From Chitinophagales bacterium (GTDB lineage Bacteria; Bacteroidota; Bacteroidia; Chitinophagales; LD1), in contig JAEUVA010000046.1 of assembly GCA_016787045.1 (NCBI GenBank), forward strand, positions 299,355 to 363,354: a stretch of 64,000 nucleotides of DNA, in the 5' to 3' direction. Position 1 is the stretch's first letter. Every line of letters begins with the position of its first letter. The translations under genes and the position numbers were made by a program. Positions 19,453 through 30,014 of this stretch are shown piece after piece. The notes under the pieces are model-generated. The model had not been told where the DNA came from. It worked only from the letters and a program-made list of their open reading frames with translations, and did not search any database.

Positions 19453-21954
19453 TTAAGTTTCTATATGCTCATCCTCCGGGCGGTGGATGGTAAAGTAAAA
19501 GGTTGTACCTTCACCTTCTTTAGATTCAAACCAGATTTTACCCTGGTGTAGCTGAACAATTTTTTTGCAAATGGCCAATCCGATGCCCGTGCCGGAATAC
19601 TCAGAGTCATTGTGTAAACGCTGAAAAATTTGGAAGATGCGATCTTTAAATTCATCGCGGATACCTATGCCGTTATCCTTGATTGTAAACTGCACATGGT
19701 TTGGCAATTGCTCTGCGGTGATAACAATCTGTGGTTTTTTATCTCTTACAAACTTGATGCCGTTATCTATTAAGTTTTGAAACAGCTGCACCAACTGTGT
19801 GGGCTCGCCATACACATCGGGTAGTTTACCAACTTCTACAGTTGCTCCGGTTTGTAAAAAGGTACTTTTGAGATTGTGTAACACGGTTTGCATCACATCA
19901 TTAGTATTCACTTTTACAAATGGCTTGGGAGTTGAGTTTAAGCGGGAATAGCTGAGTAAATCCTGGATTAAGGATTGCAAACGCTTTGCGCCCTTTACCG
20001 AAAAATCTATAAACTCTGCCGCCTCTGCATCTAACTGTGTTTTGTAGCGCATTTCTAATAACTGCAAATAGCTGGCAATAGTGCGCAGCGGCCCTTGCAA
20101 ATCATGCGATGCCACATAAGCAAAACGCTCCAACTCATCGTTGCTCCGTTGTAACTGCTCGGCTCTTTTCTCTAGCTCCTTTTGGGTGTCTTTCAAATCG
20201 GTAATGTCAAACACCATCACCATACCGTACATAATCTTGCCTTCGTCATTTCGGATAGGAATATGGTGTACGCGCAGTGTGCGGCCGGAGAAGGCCTGCT
20301 CCATTTCGCTAGTTTCTCCGGAAAGTATATTCCGGTAAATGCCCTCTACGCGCGGCAACTCTTCGCTCTTAATGGTTTCGCTAACCGTTTTTCCTTCTAT
20401 TTCTTCCTTGGGTTTGCTGATAAACCCAATCAGTGGGCCTTCGGCAAGTGTATAGCGAAGGTTATGGTCAAAAATGAACATGGCTGCTTTGGGCAAGTTG
20501 CGGGCAATGGAGCGATACAACTGCTCTGATAAATGCAGTTCTTCTTTGGCTTGTTTAATAGCGGTTACATCATTGGCTACACCCAATATATTCATGCCTT
20601 TTCCATCGGGTGAGGGAATGGCCTTTTTTACAGTACTCAGCCAAGTAGTGATACCAGTTTGTGTATTGTGATACTGCCGCTCCGGAAAACTTACAATCTC
20701 TCCGTTTTTTTGAAGGGCTAAGTCGTCTTGTTCTTTAAAAGCAATCAAATCTTCTTGCGAAAAATTATAGTCGCTATCGTAATGCCCCTCCATGTCGTTG
20801 GTGGACATACCATAATAACGAGCCACTGATTCGTTGGCGAGAATAAACTTCCCACTCTGTTCTTTTACAAAAACCAAATTGGGCAAGGCGTCAATAATTT
20901 GACGAAGCGAATCCTTTTGTCGCTGCAATTCATCGCGTGCTATTTGGCGTTGTTCTATTTCAGTAAGTAAAAGTTTATTCGCTTCCTCTAACTCTGCTGT
21001 GCGCAACTTTACTTTTTGCTCTAGCTCATTATTGAGTTCTTTGAGTAGTTGTTCTTTTTGCTTACGGTCAGAAATATCGCGAACATGCATGAGCATGGCC
21101 GGCTTGTTGTTAAACTCAATTTTGGCAGCACTAACTTCAATGGGTATCACCTCACCATTTTTGGTTACACACTCACTCTCAAATTTTTTAATTTCTCCAC
21201 TAATCAATTTTGGCTGTCGCTCACGTATGGTAGTGTGTAGTGCAGGTGGCGAAAGGTCGTAAATACTTTTCCCCAACAAGTTTGCAGCTGTGGTTTCATG
21301 CAAGCGGCAAGTGGCTTCATTTACATCTAAAACCACCCCATCTATGCTCTCAATGTAAATAGCATCGGGCGAGTTTTGATAAATATCTCTAAAACGTTGC
21401 TCGCTGTGTTTCATAGAAACCTCCACCAACTTTCTCTCGCGTATCTGCTCGTTGAGTTTGTTGTTGGCCTCAGAAAGCTGACGGGTACGGGCATTTACTT
21501 TTGACTCTAAATCCTCTTTGGCATAAATCAATTCTTCTTCCAGCAATTTTTGCGCAGTAATGTCGGTGTGGATAGTAACCGATGCCACAAACTGCCCATC
21601 GGAATCAAACACAGGTTTGCCATTGAGCCGTACCCAGATAGGGTCACCATTTTTTTTGCGCATGAGCATTTCGTACACATCGCTAAGCCCTTTTTTGCGG
21701 AGTTCTAACTTTTGGCGGGCAATGGCTTTGTATTCTTCCGAGTAGAAATAGTCAAAAATGTGCGAACCGATAATTTCATTGTGTCGGTAACCGAGGTTAC
21801 GGCAAAACTGCTCGTTAGCAAATAAGATAATGCCATCCGTATTAACACAAAAGATGCCCTCATTAATCCATTCTACCAACTGTTTAAAATGGATAGCCGC
21901 CTGGCTACCACTTTTATTGGTAATAGAAATTATTTCTCCGGTGGTGTTATCCAT
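19453..21954 (-). CDS. Multi-PAS sensor histidine kinase
   Basis: 4-5 PAS-like modules separated by coiled coils. H-box 'FAYVASHDLQGPLRTI'. ATPase G-box 'GTGIGLAICKKIV'. No adjacent response regulator. Confidence 0.85.
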   Translation of the reverse strand: MDNTTGEIISITNKSGSQAAIHFKQLVEWINEGIFCVNTDGIILFANEQFCRNLGYRHNEIIGSHIFDYFYSEEYKAIARQKLELRKKGLSDVYEMLMRKKNGDPIWVRLNGKPVFDSDGQFVASVTIHTDITAQKLLEEELIYAKEDLESKVNARTRQLSEANNKLNEQIRERKLVEVSMKHSEQRFRDIYQNSPDAIYIESIDGVVLDVNEATCRLHETTAANLLGKSIYDLSPPALHTTIRERQPKLISGEIKKFESECVTKNGEVIPIEVSAAKIEFNNKPAMLMHVRDISDRKQKEQLLKELNNELEQKVKLRTAELEEANKLLLTEIEQRQIARDELQRQKDSLRQIIDALPNLVFVKEQSGKFILANESVARYYGMSTNDMEGHYDSDYNFSQEDLIAFKEQDDLALQKNGEIVSFPERQYHNTQTGITTWLSTVKKAIPSPDGKGMNILGVANDVTAIKQAKEELHLSEQLYRSIARNLPKAAMFIFDHNLRYTLAEGPLIGFISKPKEEIEGKTVSETIKSEELPRVEGIYRNILSGETSEMEQAFSGRTLRVHHIPIRNDEGKIMYGMVMVFDITDLKDTQKELEKRAEQLQRSNDELERFAYVASHDLQGPLRTIASYLQLLEMRYKTQLDAEAAEFIDFSVKGAKRLQSLIQDLLSYSRLNSTPKPFVKVNTNDVMQTVLHNLKSTFLQTGATVEVGKLPDVYGEPTQLVQLFQNLIDNGIKFVRDKKPQIVITAEQLPNHVQFTIKDNGIGIRDEFKDRIFQIFQRLHNDSEYSGTGIGLAICKKIVQLHQGKIWFESKEGEGTTFYFTIHRPEDEHIET

Positions 21955-22045
21955 TTTCTCGTTTCCACTATGTAGCCATGGCGTTTACTCCGGCTACAAT
22001 CGTGTTTGTACGAAACAAACAATATTTTGTTTTAATCGGAAACTG

Positions 22046-23110
22046 TTATTCCAACACTTTAAGCTCTACTTTGGGGAAACCCAGTATAAAATCTTTGCCA
22101 TACACCTGCGAAGGGGTATGTGCGCCTGTTTTTAAGTTACCGGCAAGTACCTGTTTTACAATTTCTACGGCTGTGAGATAAGTGAGCGTGTATCCCTCGG
22201 GCAGTTTCAGCAACATCCGCTTTGAAATACCCAAATGGTTAGATGCTTGCCCCCAGATTGAGGAAGAAGCAGTTTCGCGCATTTGGTCGGTAGGGCCGGG
22301 TGGTCTGGATTTTATACGGCTTCGCAGAATTTTTTTCATCAAAGTAGAGCGGAGGATAAAGCCAAATGAATTACTGATTTTGAACGAACGAACTACTTTG
22401 AGTGGCAATAGGTTATACACCGTAATGTTGGGTATGGCTGTGGAGCGGTAAGCAGTGGATATATCTCCCCACGAAATAGCCACTGCAGTTTTTTGTTTTC
22501 CATCCAATACAAGGTCTATGGTTACTTCGCCATTTCGTACGGTATCTAATTTACCCCGCTTGCGAACAACAGTACCTGTACCCATGTTTTCGGCAATGGT
22601 TAGCGCGGTGCCTTGCGATAATCCACCTCCTTGGTTCATGAGTACCAACTCTAAGGTTGTAGCAGAGGGCAATACTGCTTTTAACTGGGCAGATAAACAA
22701 TCGGACGGTACTACATCAAAACCTACGCCCGGTAGTAGCATGATACCGCTCTTTTTTGCATCTGCATCTAACTCAAACATACGCTCAAAAACCTGATACT
22801 CTCCCGTAATGTCCAAGTAGTGCGCCTTAGCGGAAAGGCAGGCCTGGACCATTATTTCAGCAGTAAAAATAAAAGGCCCTGCACAATGCAACACTAAGGC
22901 AAATCCAGTAAGCTGTTCGGTAACTTCACTTACATTTTTTACATCAAATACCTTGTAGGGCAATTGCAACTCTTCTGCCAGTTGTTTCACCTTTTGCTCA
23001 TCGCGACCAGCCAACGTAGGGCGCATACCTATTTCAACTGCATGTTTTGCAATCAATTTTCCGGTGTATCCATAACAACCGTACAACAGCCACTCATTGG
23101 GGTGCGGCAT
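22046..23110 (-). CDS. Saccharopine dehydrogenase-like NAD(P)-binding protein
   Basis: N-terminal 'LLYGCYGYTGKLIAKHA' Rossmann motif. ~350 aa, typical of this family. Confidence 0.65.
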   Translation of the reverse strand: MPHPNEWLLYGCYGYTGKLIAKHAVEIGMRPTLAGRDEQKVKQLAEELQLPYKVFDVKNVSEVTEQLTGFALVLHCAGPFIFTAEIMVQACLSAKAHYLDITGEYQVFERMFELDADAKKSGIMLLPGVGFDVVPSDCLSAQLKAVLPSATTLELVLMNQGGGLSQGTALTIAENMGTGTVVRKRGKLDTVRNGEVTIDLVLDGKQKTAVAISWGDISTAYRSTAIPNITVYNLLPLKVVRSFKISNSFGFILRSTLMKKILRSRIKSRPPGPTDQMRETASSSIWGQASNHLGISKRMLLKLPEGYTLTYLTAVEIVKQVLAGNLKTGAHTPSQVYGKDFILGFPKVELKVLE

Positions 23111-23208
23111 ATATTCAACTGTGGGTTTATGGTAAAAAAAGTAAGTTTATTTGTGGCATCAAACCTGCTCTAGAACCAAATACACTTCTAATCTTATTTG
23201 CCCATACC

Positions 23209-23868
23209 ATGATGAAAACAAACCTATATCTGATCCCTGGTTTAGCTGCCGATGCCCGCATGTATTCTCCACAGATAAATGTATTTTCTTCTGCTATAGC
23301 ACTCAATCATTTATCATTTCAAAAAGGTGAAACCCTTTCTGATTATGCGCAGAAGTTCATCCCTTTTATTGACCAAACTCAACCCTTTGTATTAGTTGGC
23401 TCATCTATGGGTGGTATGGTGGCTATTGAACTAACACGGTTTATCAAACCTCAAAAACTAATCTTGTTAGCAAGTATCAAAAGTCGCAAAGAGTTCCCTT
23501 TGCTCATCCGCAGCATGCGCTACCTTAAATTGCATCGGTTCATTTCCGGAAACACCATAAAAACATTTACCCGAAAAGTAGCGCAACAGCTCAAAAACAG
23601 TAATGATAAAGAGATTACCAACCTGCTAATAGACATGGTAATGTGCACTGATGCTAAGTTTATTGAGCATGCCATGGAGGCGATAGTACATTGGCAGCCA
23701 CCAACTACTCTTCCCGAAAACACTTACCACATACATGGTAGTAATGACCGGCTTTTTCCGGTGCATCGCATCAAAAATGCCATTGTGGTAAAGGGCGGCA
23801 CACATGTGCTTAACTTACCAAACAGCCAAGAAGTAAATCAACTACTGCTCAAAATAATTAACTCCTAA
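23209..23868 (+). CDS. Alpha/beta hydrolase
   Basis: ATG at 23209 ('MMKTNLYLIPGLAAD'). Nucleophile elbow 'GSSMGG'. The upstream ORF extension overlaps the divergent gene. Confidence 0.65.
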   Translation: MMKTNLYLIPGLAADARMYSPQINVFSSAIALNHLSFQKGETLSDYAQKFIPFIDQTQPFVLVGSSMGGMVAIELTRFIKPQKLILLASIKSRKEFPLLIRSMRYLKLHRFISGNTIKTFTRKVAQQLKNSNDKEITNLLIDMVMCTDAKFIEHAMEAIVHWQPPTTLPENTYHIHGSNDRLFPVHRIKNAIVVKGGTHVLNLPNSQEVNQLLLKIINS

Positions 23869-23872
23869 ACCC

Positions 23873-25051
23873 ATGCCCATTCAATTTCCCAAAAATTTTG
23901 CTTTTGGTACTTCTACTGCAGCCGCTCAAATTGAAACCGCTTACGAGCATGAGTGGGTTAACGTAAAATCTAGAGATGGATACGTTTTTAACCAAACCTG
24001 CGACCATGAGTTTAGGCGTGAAGAAGATGCCGCCATTATAGCTTACTGTGCTCCACACTACCGCATGGGCTTTTTGTGGAGCAAGTTGCAGCAATCGCCC
24101 TTAGCGCCTTTGCACGAAGAAACGGCTCTGGAGTACGAAAAATTCATACAGTTGCTACAAGCCAAAGGGGTAAAACTTATGCTGGTGTTACATCACTTTC
24201 ACAACCCCAACTGGTTTAATATACTAGGTGGTTGGGAAAACAAAAACAACATAAAGTATTGGCTTGATTTTGTAGCCAAAATAGCTGAGCGATTTGGCAA
24301 GTATGCTACTCACTGGAACACTTTCAATGAGCCAAATGTATATGCCAGCAACGGCTGGATATTGGGAGAATTTCCTCCGTTTAAGAAAAATTTGTTCAAA
24401 GCGTTTGCCGTTATCAAACACATGGGCATTGCTCACCATCAGGCATACGCCTTACTCAAAAAAACATTTTCGGACAAACCGGTGGGCATCAGCCATAATA
24501 CAGTGTACTTTACTGCTGAAAACTGGTTGGGAATCATTCCGGCAAAAATTTCGGATTGGTGGTTTATGGAACATTGCCTAAAACAATTTACCGGCTCATT
24601 AGATTTTTTTGGCATGAGTTACTACGCAAAAATGTCGCACGACCCGGCTCCTATTACTTACATTGACACTCCCGGAAAAATTAAGCAACTTAATAAGCCA
24701 CATGACGATATGTGGGAGTATTACCCGAGTGGCATGAAAGAAATTATTGAACGCTATTGGAACAAGTACCACCTGCCTCTTATTATCACAGAAAGTGGGG
24801 TTTGCACTACTGACGACAATTTTCGCATACAAGCCATGAAAGATTACCTGCATATCATACACAACTCCCTACAAAACGGAGTTGACATTCGTGGATACTA
24901 CTGGTGGAGTACTTTCGATAACTTTGAGTGGAACCTTGGCCCCACTTTTCGCTTTGGACTGTACGAAACAGACCTGGTTACAAAAAACCGAACCAAGCGC
25001 CCAAGTGCGGATGTTTATCGCCAAGTGGCTTACGAGAAAAATTTAGTGTGA
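23873..25051 (+). CDS. Glycoside hydrolase family 1 (beta-glucosidase-like), short form
   Basis: 'FPKNFAFGTSTAAAQIE' N-terminal motif, acid/base 'TFNEPNVY', nucleophile region 'ITESG'. Confidence 0.75.
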   Translation: MPIQFPKNFAFGTSTAAAQIETAYEHEWVNVKSRDGYVFNQTCDHEFRREEDAAIIAYCAPHYRMGFLWSKLQQSPLAPLHEETALEYEKFIQLLQAKGVKLMLVLHHFHNPNWFNILGGWENKNNIKYWLDFVAKIAERFGKYATHWNTFNEPNVYASNGWILGEFPPFKKNLFKAFAVIKHMGIAHHQAYALLKKTFSDKPVGISHNTVYFTAENWLGIIPAKISDWWFMEHCLKQFTGSLDFFGMSYYAKMSHDPAPITYIDTPGKIKQLNKPHDDMWEYYPSGMKEIIERYWNKYHLPLIITESGVCTTDDNFRIQAMKDYLHIIHNSLQNGVDIRGYYWWSTFDNFEWNLGPTFRFGLYETDLVTKNRTKRPSADVYRQVAYEKNLV

Positions 25052-25129
25052 TTTTTTAGTAAAGGGCTCCGCTCCTCTCGTTGTCTATATAAACCCGCTG
25101 AATATCTTTGCCGGCTTTCAAAAAACAGG

Positions 25130-25618
25130 ATGAGTTTCATAATACGCAAAGGAACCCAAGATGATGTACCGGGCATGATGCAACTGGTACACGAACTGGC
25201 CACATTTGAGCGGGCGCCACAAGAGGTGGTAAATACCCCACAAATGATGCTGGAAGATGGATTTGGCAATAACCCTATTTACAGAGTGGTAGTAGCTGAA
25301 GAGGCCGATACCAACCGCATTATTGGCATGGCATTATTTTATACTGCGTATTCTACCTGGAAAGGACGCATACTTTTTTTGGATGATTTGATTGTAACCG
25401 AAAGCTACAGACGCTACGGCATAGGCCGCAAACTTATTCATGAGTTTTTGAAACAAGCCAAAGAGGATGGTGTAACTCAAGTACGCTGGCAAGTGCTTGA
25501 CTGGAACACTCCGGCCATAGAGTTCTACCAATCATTAGGCACAACTTTAGATGCGGAATGGATTACCTGTAAAATGACAAATGAACAGATTAACCAATAT
25601 TTAAATACAGTTAAATAG
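25130..25618 (+). CDS. GNAT N-acetyltransferase (diamine acetyltransferase-like)
   Basis: GNAT motif A 'RRYGIGRKLI'. 162 aa. Confidence 0.8.
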   Translation: MSFIIRKGTQDDVPGMMQLVHELATFERAPQEVVNTPQMMLEDGFGNNPIYRVVVAEEADTNRIIGMALFYTAYSTWKGRILFLDDLIVTESYRRYGIGRKLIHEFLKQAKEDGVTQVRWQVLDWNTPAIEFYQSLGTTLDAEWITCKMTNEQINQYLNTVK

Positions 25619-25629
25619 AATTTACAATC

Positions 25630-26895
25630 ATGCAAGTGTACAAGTTTGGTGGAGCATCAGTAAAAGATGCAGCAGCCGTAAAAAATGTGATTTCCATATT
25701 GCAGGAAAACAACTTTAAAGAAAAAGTGGTGGTGGTTTCGGCTATGGGAAAGAGTACTAATGAGTTAGAAAAAGTAGTGAACCAGTATTATGCCGGTGAT
25801 GATTTATGGAAGGCAACTCTAGAGCAGCTTTTTCAAAAGCATGTAGCTATTATGCGGGAGTTATACACCAACGGCAGCTATGATAATGCGGTTAAAGAGG
25901 TGCAAGTAATCATTGACCAAACTACTAAGTTCTTGACCGAAAATCAATCGCGCAACTACAACTACATTTACGATCAGGTAGTATCTATTGGAGAATATAT
26001 TTCTACTACCATAGTTAGCGATTATGCCAACTCTGTAGGGCTACAGAATACACTGCTAAATGTGAAAGAAGTATTGTTTACAGACAATGCTTACACCGAA
26101 GGCAAAGTAGATTTCAAAAAAACAGAAAAATCTATTAGCGAAAAGGTAAATACATTAACCCAAACCGGATTTGTGATTACACAAGGTTTTGTGGGCTGCA
26201 CCCCCGAGGGGTTCTCCACCACATTGGGGCGCGAAGGTTCTGACTATACGGCCTCTATTTTTGCCTATGCGCTCAATGCCGAGCGAATGACGGTGTGGAA
26301 AGATGTGGAGGGCATTATGAATGCCGATCCAAAAGAGTTTTCTGAGGCACAGTTTCTAAGCGAAATCACTTACCATGAAGCTATAGAAATGACTTACTAT
26401 GGCGCCAGTGTTATTCACCCCAAAACCATCAAGCCGATTCAGAATAAAAATATCCCTTTGGAGGTGCGCTCGTTTGTCAACTACAGTAAGCGCGGGTCTG
26501 TTATTTCGGCAAATGCAAACACCAATTTTTTACCGCCAATTTTGATTTGGAAACGTGGTCAATCATTACTTTCATTCTCAGCAAAAGATTTCTCGTTTAT
26601 TGCCGAAGACCACCTCAGCAAAGTGTTTGGTACTTTTGCCGAAAACCGTTTACGCATCAATCTCATGCAAAATGCTGCTATCAGCTTTTCGGTAGCCGTA
26701 GATTTTAAGAAAGAGAAAATTGAGAATGTGATTGAGCAACTCAAAGATGACTTTAGCATTACCCGCAACGATGGATTGTCTTTGCTGACTATCCGCCACT
26801 ACAACAAGGGTATTATTGATAAACTGACAAAAGACAAAGACATTTTGCTCCGGCAAATTTCGCGCAATACGCTACAAGTGTTAATGCGTGAGTAA
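25630..26895 (+). CDS. lysC: Aspartate kinase
   Basis: 'VYKFGGASV' kinase motif and C-terminal ACT-like region. 421 aa. Confidence 0.85.
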   Translation: MQVYKFGGASVKDAAAVKNVISILQENNFKEKVVVVSAMGKSTNELEKVVNQYYAGDDLWKATLEQLFQKHVAIMRELYTNGSYDNAVKEVQVIIDQTTKFLTENQSRNYNYIYDQVVSIGEYISTTIVSDYANSVGLQNTLLNVKEVLFTDNAYTEGKVDFKKTEKSISEKVNTLTQTGFVITQGFVGCTPEGFSTTLGREGSDYTASIFAYALNAERMTVWKDVEGIMNADPKEFSEAQFLSEITYHEAIEMTYYGASVIHPKTIKPIQNKNIPLEVRSFVNYSKRGSVISANANTNFLPPILIWKRGQSLLSFSAKDFSFIAEDHLSKVFGTFAENRLRINLMQNAAISFSVAVDFKKEKIENVIEQLKDDFSITRNDGLSLLTIRHYNKGIIDKLTKDKDILLRQISRNTLQVLMRE

Positions 26896-26926
26896 TAGTA
26901 CTACACGCTCATCATCTGAATAAACC

Positions 26927-27466
26927 ATGAATAAAATACACTATACATCCATTGTTTTTTTAATGCTGCTAGCAGCATGTTACCCAAAAAGTGAATGGTA
27001 CCGAACCAAAATTTTGCAACAGGAGAGCAACATCCTAAACCTAGCTAAGAGTGGAGTTTTGGATTCTACATCCATTAACCAACAGTTGGTGGCTTACGAA
27101 GACTATGCTGATAAACACCCCAGCGACCCGCAGTCGGTAGAGTTTTTATATAAGGCAGCAGATTTTTACAGAGCCATGAACATGCCTTTGCGCAGCATAT
27201 CTGTGTATGAAAAAATATATGAAACATTTCCTAACCACTCGCAGCGCCCAAAGGTGCTTTTTTTACAGGGGTTCATTTATGAAAACGATGTAAAAAACTA
27301 CACCGCAGCGCAAATCAAGTATCATGAGTTTTTAAAACAGTATCCCGATCACCCGTTGGTAAAAGATGTAAAACTCTCTTTGCAGTTGATTGGCAAATCA
27401 CCGGAGCAGTTGATTGAAGAGTTTAAGAAAGCCCGGCAAGATTCAACAGGTATAGCTACTAAGTAG
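26927..27466 (+). CDS. TPR-repeat lipoprotein
   Basis: 'MLLAAC' lipobox. TPR-like helices ('YKAADFYRAMN', 'YHEFLKQYPDHP'). Confidence 0.55.
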   Translation: MNKIHYTSIVFLMLLAACYPKSEWYRTKILQQESNILNLAKSGVLDSTSINQQLVAYEDYADKHPSDPQSVEFLYKAADFYRAMNMPLRSISVYEKIYETFPNHSQRPKVLFLQGFIYENDVKNYTAAQIKYHEFLKQYPDHPLVKDVKLSLQLIGKSPEQLIEEFKKARQDSTGIATK

Positions 27467-27500
27467 TGCAACAGATTATATTTGCGCTGCAAAAAAAAAT

Positions 27501-27588
27501 AGAGAGGTGTCCGAGTGGTTGAAGGAGCACGCCTGGAAAGTGTGTATACGTCAAAAGCGTATCGAGGGTTCGAATCCCTTCCTCTCTG
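27501..27588 (+). tRNA. tRNA-Ser (anticodon GGA)
   Basis: 7-bp acceptor stem AGAGAGG/CCTCTCT. D-arm 'GTCCGAGTGGTTGAAGGAGC'. Anticodon loop 'CTGGAAA'. Long variable arm. T-arm 'GGGTTCGAATCCC'. CCA is not encoded. A TATATTTG (-7-type) box lies at 27477..27484. Confidence 0.9.
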
Positions 27589-27594
27589 CAAACA

Positions 27595-27626
27595 AAAAAG
27601 CCCCTCGCTGTTGCGAAGGGCTTTTG
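27595..27626. terminator. Hairpin between tRNA-Ser and convergent rny, probably a bidirectional terminator
   Basis: aaaagcccctcgc/gcgaagggctttt stem with one mismatch, an A-run upstream and a T-run downstream. Confidence 0.6.
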
Positions 27627-27651
27627 TAATTAAAGGTAACACTACAAAGAT

Positions 27652-29259
27652 TTAGCGAGCCACACTTACACTTCGTTTTTCGCGAATCACCGTAACTTTT
27701 ACCTGACCTGGGTAGGTCATTTCTTTTTCAATTTTTTGAGAAATAGCAAACGAAATTTCTTCGCTCTTCTTATCATCCACCTTATCGGCTTCTACAATTA
27801 CACGCAATTCTCTGCCGGCTTGTATGGCGTACGCTTTTTCTACCCCTTCAAAACCCTGAGCTAAGTTTTCTAAATCTTTTACACGCTGCAGATAGCCCTC
27901 CATCATTTCGCGCCTTGCACCGGGGCGGGCGCCTGATATGGCATCGCATGCCTGTACGATAGGCGAAATCACATACTTCATTTCCATTTCATCGTGGTGG
28001 GCACCCACAGCATTTACTACAGCCGCATGCTCCCCATATTTTTCGCACAACTTAGCACCAAGCAGCGCATGCGATAACTCACTTTCCTCATCGGGAACTT
28101 TGCCAATATCGTGTAGCAAACCTGCACGTTTTGCCAGCTTAGGATTTAGACCTAATTCCGCAGCCATGGTGGCGCACAAGTTGGCTACTTCGCGGCTGTG
28201 CTGCAATAAGTTTTGTCCGTATGATGAGCGGAAACGCATACGCCCTACATACCGAACTAGTTCCTGGTGCATACCTTGTATGCCCATATCTATTACTGTA
28301 CGTTCTCCAATTTCTAAAATATGCTCCTCTAACTGTTTTTTGGTTTTAGCTACCACTTCTTCAATACGAGCCGGGTGAATACGGCCATCAGTAACCAAAC
28401 GTTGTAAAGAAAGGCGGGCAATTTCTCTGCGGATGGGGTCATAGCCCGAAATAATAATGGCCTCAGGTGTATCATCTACCACAAACTCGCAACCGGTAGC
28501 GGCTTCCAAAGCGCGGATATTGCGCCCTTCGCGGCCTATTATCTGTCCTTTTTGCTCATCGCTGTCTAAGTTGAATACAGACACTGTATTCTCAATAGCA
28601 TTCTCCGCTGCAGTGCGTTGAATGGTTTGTATGATAATTTTTTTGGCCTCTTTATTGGCTTTTGACTTAGCTTCGTCTATCAATGTTTTTGTTAGTGACA
28701 GCGCCTCGGTTTCAGCGGCTTTGGTCATGCTTTGCACCAATTCTTTTTTTGCATCGTCTTTGCTGAGCCCGCTGATTTGCTCTAGCTTGCTAACAAATAT
28801 CTCGTGGCTCTTTTGCAACTGCTCACTCTTGGTGTTTACCTGCTCAATTTGCTTGCTCAGGTTTTCGCGAAGCACCTCCACCTCTTTTTCCTTTTTGGAA
28901 ATTTCAGCATTTCGTTGAGAAACTTCTGTTTGCTGTTGCTTAATTTGTGCTTCCTTTTCTAATGCTTTTTTATTGCGTTCGGCCACCTCTGCCTCGTGCT
29001 TGGCTTTTAGCTGTAGGAAATTTTCCTTGGCTTCCAGCATTTTGTCTTTTTTGGTTTGCTCGGCTGTTCGCTGGGCATCGGCCACTATTTTGTCGGCTGA
29101 TGATTTGGCATCGGCAAGTTTCTTCTCTGCCTCTTCTTTCAATTTTTGCTCAATATCGTTGTTCGATTTTTGAGTGATTGAACGCCCAATCAACAAGCCC
29201 GCAATGGCAGCCACCACAGCTATACCTGCTGCAATAATGATGATGATGGTAGTATCCAT
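27652..29259 (-). CDS. rny: Ribonuclease Y
   Basis: N-terminal TM helix, Lys/Glu coiled coil, KH motif '[11 protein letters not shown]', HD motif 'LLHDIGK'. Confidence 0.9.
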   Translation of the reverse strand: MDTTIIIIIAAGIAVVAAIAGLLIGRSITQKSNNDIEQKLKEEAEKKLADAKSSADKIVADAQRTAEQTKKDKMLEAKENFLQLKAKHEAEVAERNKKALEKEAQIKQQQTEVSQRNAEISKKEKEVEVLRENLSKQIEQVNTKSEQLQKSHEIFVSKLEQISGLSKDDAKKELVQSMTKAAETEALSLTKTLIDEAKSKANKEAKKIIIQTIQRTAAENAIENTVSVFNLDSDEQKGQIIGREGRNIRALEAATGCEFVVDDTPEAIIISGYDPIRREIARLSLQRLVTDGRIHPARIEEVVAKTKKQLEEHILEIGERTVIDMGIQGMHQELVRYVGRMRFRSSYGQNLLQHSREVANLCATMAAELGLNPKLAKRAGLLHDIGKVPDEESELSHALLGAKLCEKYGEHAAVVNAVGAHHDEMEMKYVISPIVQACDAISGARPGARREMMEGYLQRVKDLENLAQGFEGVEKAYAIQAGRELRVIVEADKVDDKKSEEISFAISQKIEKEMTYPGQVKVTVIREKRSVSVAR

Positions 29260-29345
29260 TTTTTAACGGTTTTTGGGGTAATAAAATCTTTCTGTTTCTA
29301 ACAAAACACCCGGAAACCGTATAGTTGAAGTAAAATCTGAAAGAA

Positions 29346-29645
29346 TTAAACCTGAAGAGAAGAAAGAGTACTCCGCAATGCGGCTATTTTTTCTTCTATC
29401 ATTTGATGGTGAAGAGCAGATTCGTTTTCGGCACTTACGGCTTGTACTGCAAAATTAATGAGGCACATGGCCAGGTAATCTTGCTTGTCTTTGCCGCTGT
29501 ATTGTAACTGGTATTGCTTAATCGTATCATTTACCAGTTGTACTGCGTTTTGAATTTTTTGCTCATCATGCTTTGCCACTAACAGCGGATATGTTCTATC
29601 TGCTATGCTTACCTGCATATTCACTGTTTCTTGCTTGGCTCCCAT
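29346..29645 (-). CDS. zapA: Cell-division protein ZapA
   Basis: 99 aa. 'VSIADRTYPLLV...QDYLAMCLINFA' fits the ZapA pattern. It lies just upstream of rny. Confidence 0.7.
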   Translation of the reverse strand: MGAKQETVNMQVSIADRTYPLLVAKHDEQKIQNAVQLVNDTIKQYQLQYSGKDKQDYLAMCLINFAVQAVSAENESALHHQMIEEKIAALRSTLSSLQV

Positions 29646-29652
29646 TGTTTAT

Positions 29653-29949
29653 CTAATCGTTCAGAATTGCAATGCAACTATCTATTTCGCGTATGTATTC
29701 GTTTATTTTTTTCTTGATTTCGGCAGCGGGTTCATTTTCGCTGCCGGGGTTACTAATATTTTGCGCTAACTTAACAATTTTGAGTTTTTCCGATAACTCT
29801 ATGTTTTTTTTCCTCTCTGCTTCTAAAAGTGTCTCTAAATTGGCCATTTCTGCCTGTTGGCTTTCTAACTTGGCTTGAAGTTGCTTTAGTTTACCGGCAA
29901 CTAATAAAGCTCGGGCATTAAGTTCATCTAAATCTTTACTCAAAATCAT
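29653..29949 (-). CDS. Small coiled-coil protein of unknown function
   Basis: 98 aa, heptad-rich ('LKQLQAKLESQQAEMANLETLLEAERKK'). Ends 7 nt upstream of the zapA start. Confidence 0.4.
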   Translation of the reverse strand: MILSKDLDELNARALLVAGKLKQLQAKLESQQAEMANLETLLEAERKKNIELSEKLKIVKLAQNISNPGSENEPAAEIKKKINEYIREIDSCIAILND

Positions 29950-29956
29950 GTGCTGA

Positions 29957-29993
29957 AAATAAAAAAGTCCCCGCTTTTTAAGCGAAGACTTTT
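29957..29993 (-). terminator. Intrinsic terminator downstream of the lipoprotein paralogue pair
   Basis: Imperfect aaaagtc(ccc)gctt/aagcg(aa)gactttt hairpin with two mismatches. The minus-strand reading is followed by a T-run. Confidence 0.55.
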
Positions 29994-30014
29994 TGTTGAA
30001 TAGGTAAGGTAATA

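Noticed and set aside
25619-25629. A lysine riboswitch or leader ahead of aspartate kinase.
   Set aside because: Only 11 nt separate the GNAT stop from the kinase ATG, so there is no room for a regulatory RNA. The genes are probably co-transcribed.
27466-27652. tRNA-Ser as an integration hotspot marking a genomic island.
   Set aside because: No integrase, no direct repeat of the tRNA 3' end and no mobile genes occur nearby. The neighbours are rny, zapA and a TPR lipoprotein.
29260-29345. A possible 6S RNA (ssrS) downstream of zapA, as in the E. coli zapA-ssrS arrangement.
   Set aside because: The gap between zapA and rny is only 86 nt, far shorter than a ~180-nt 6S RNA. It shows no extended imperfect hairpin.
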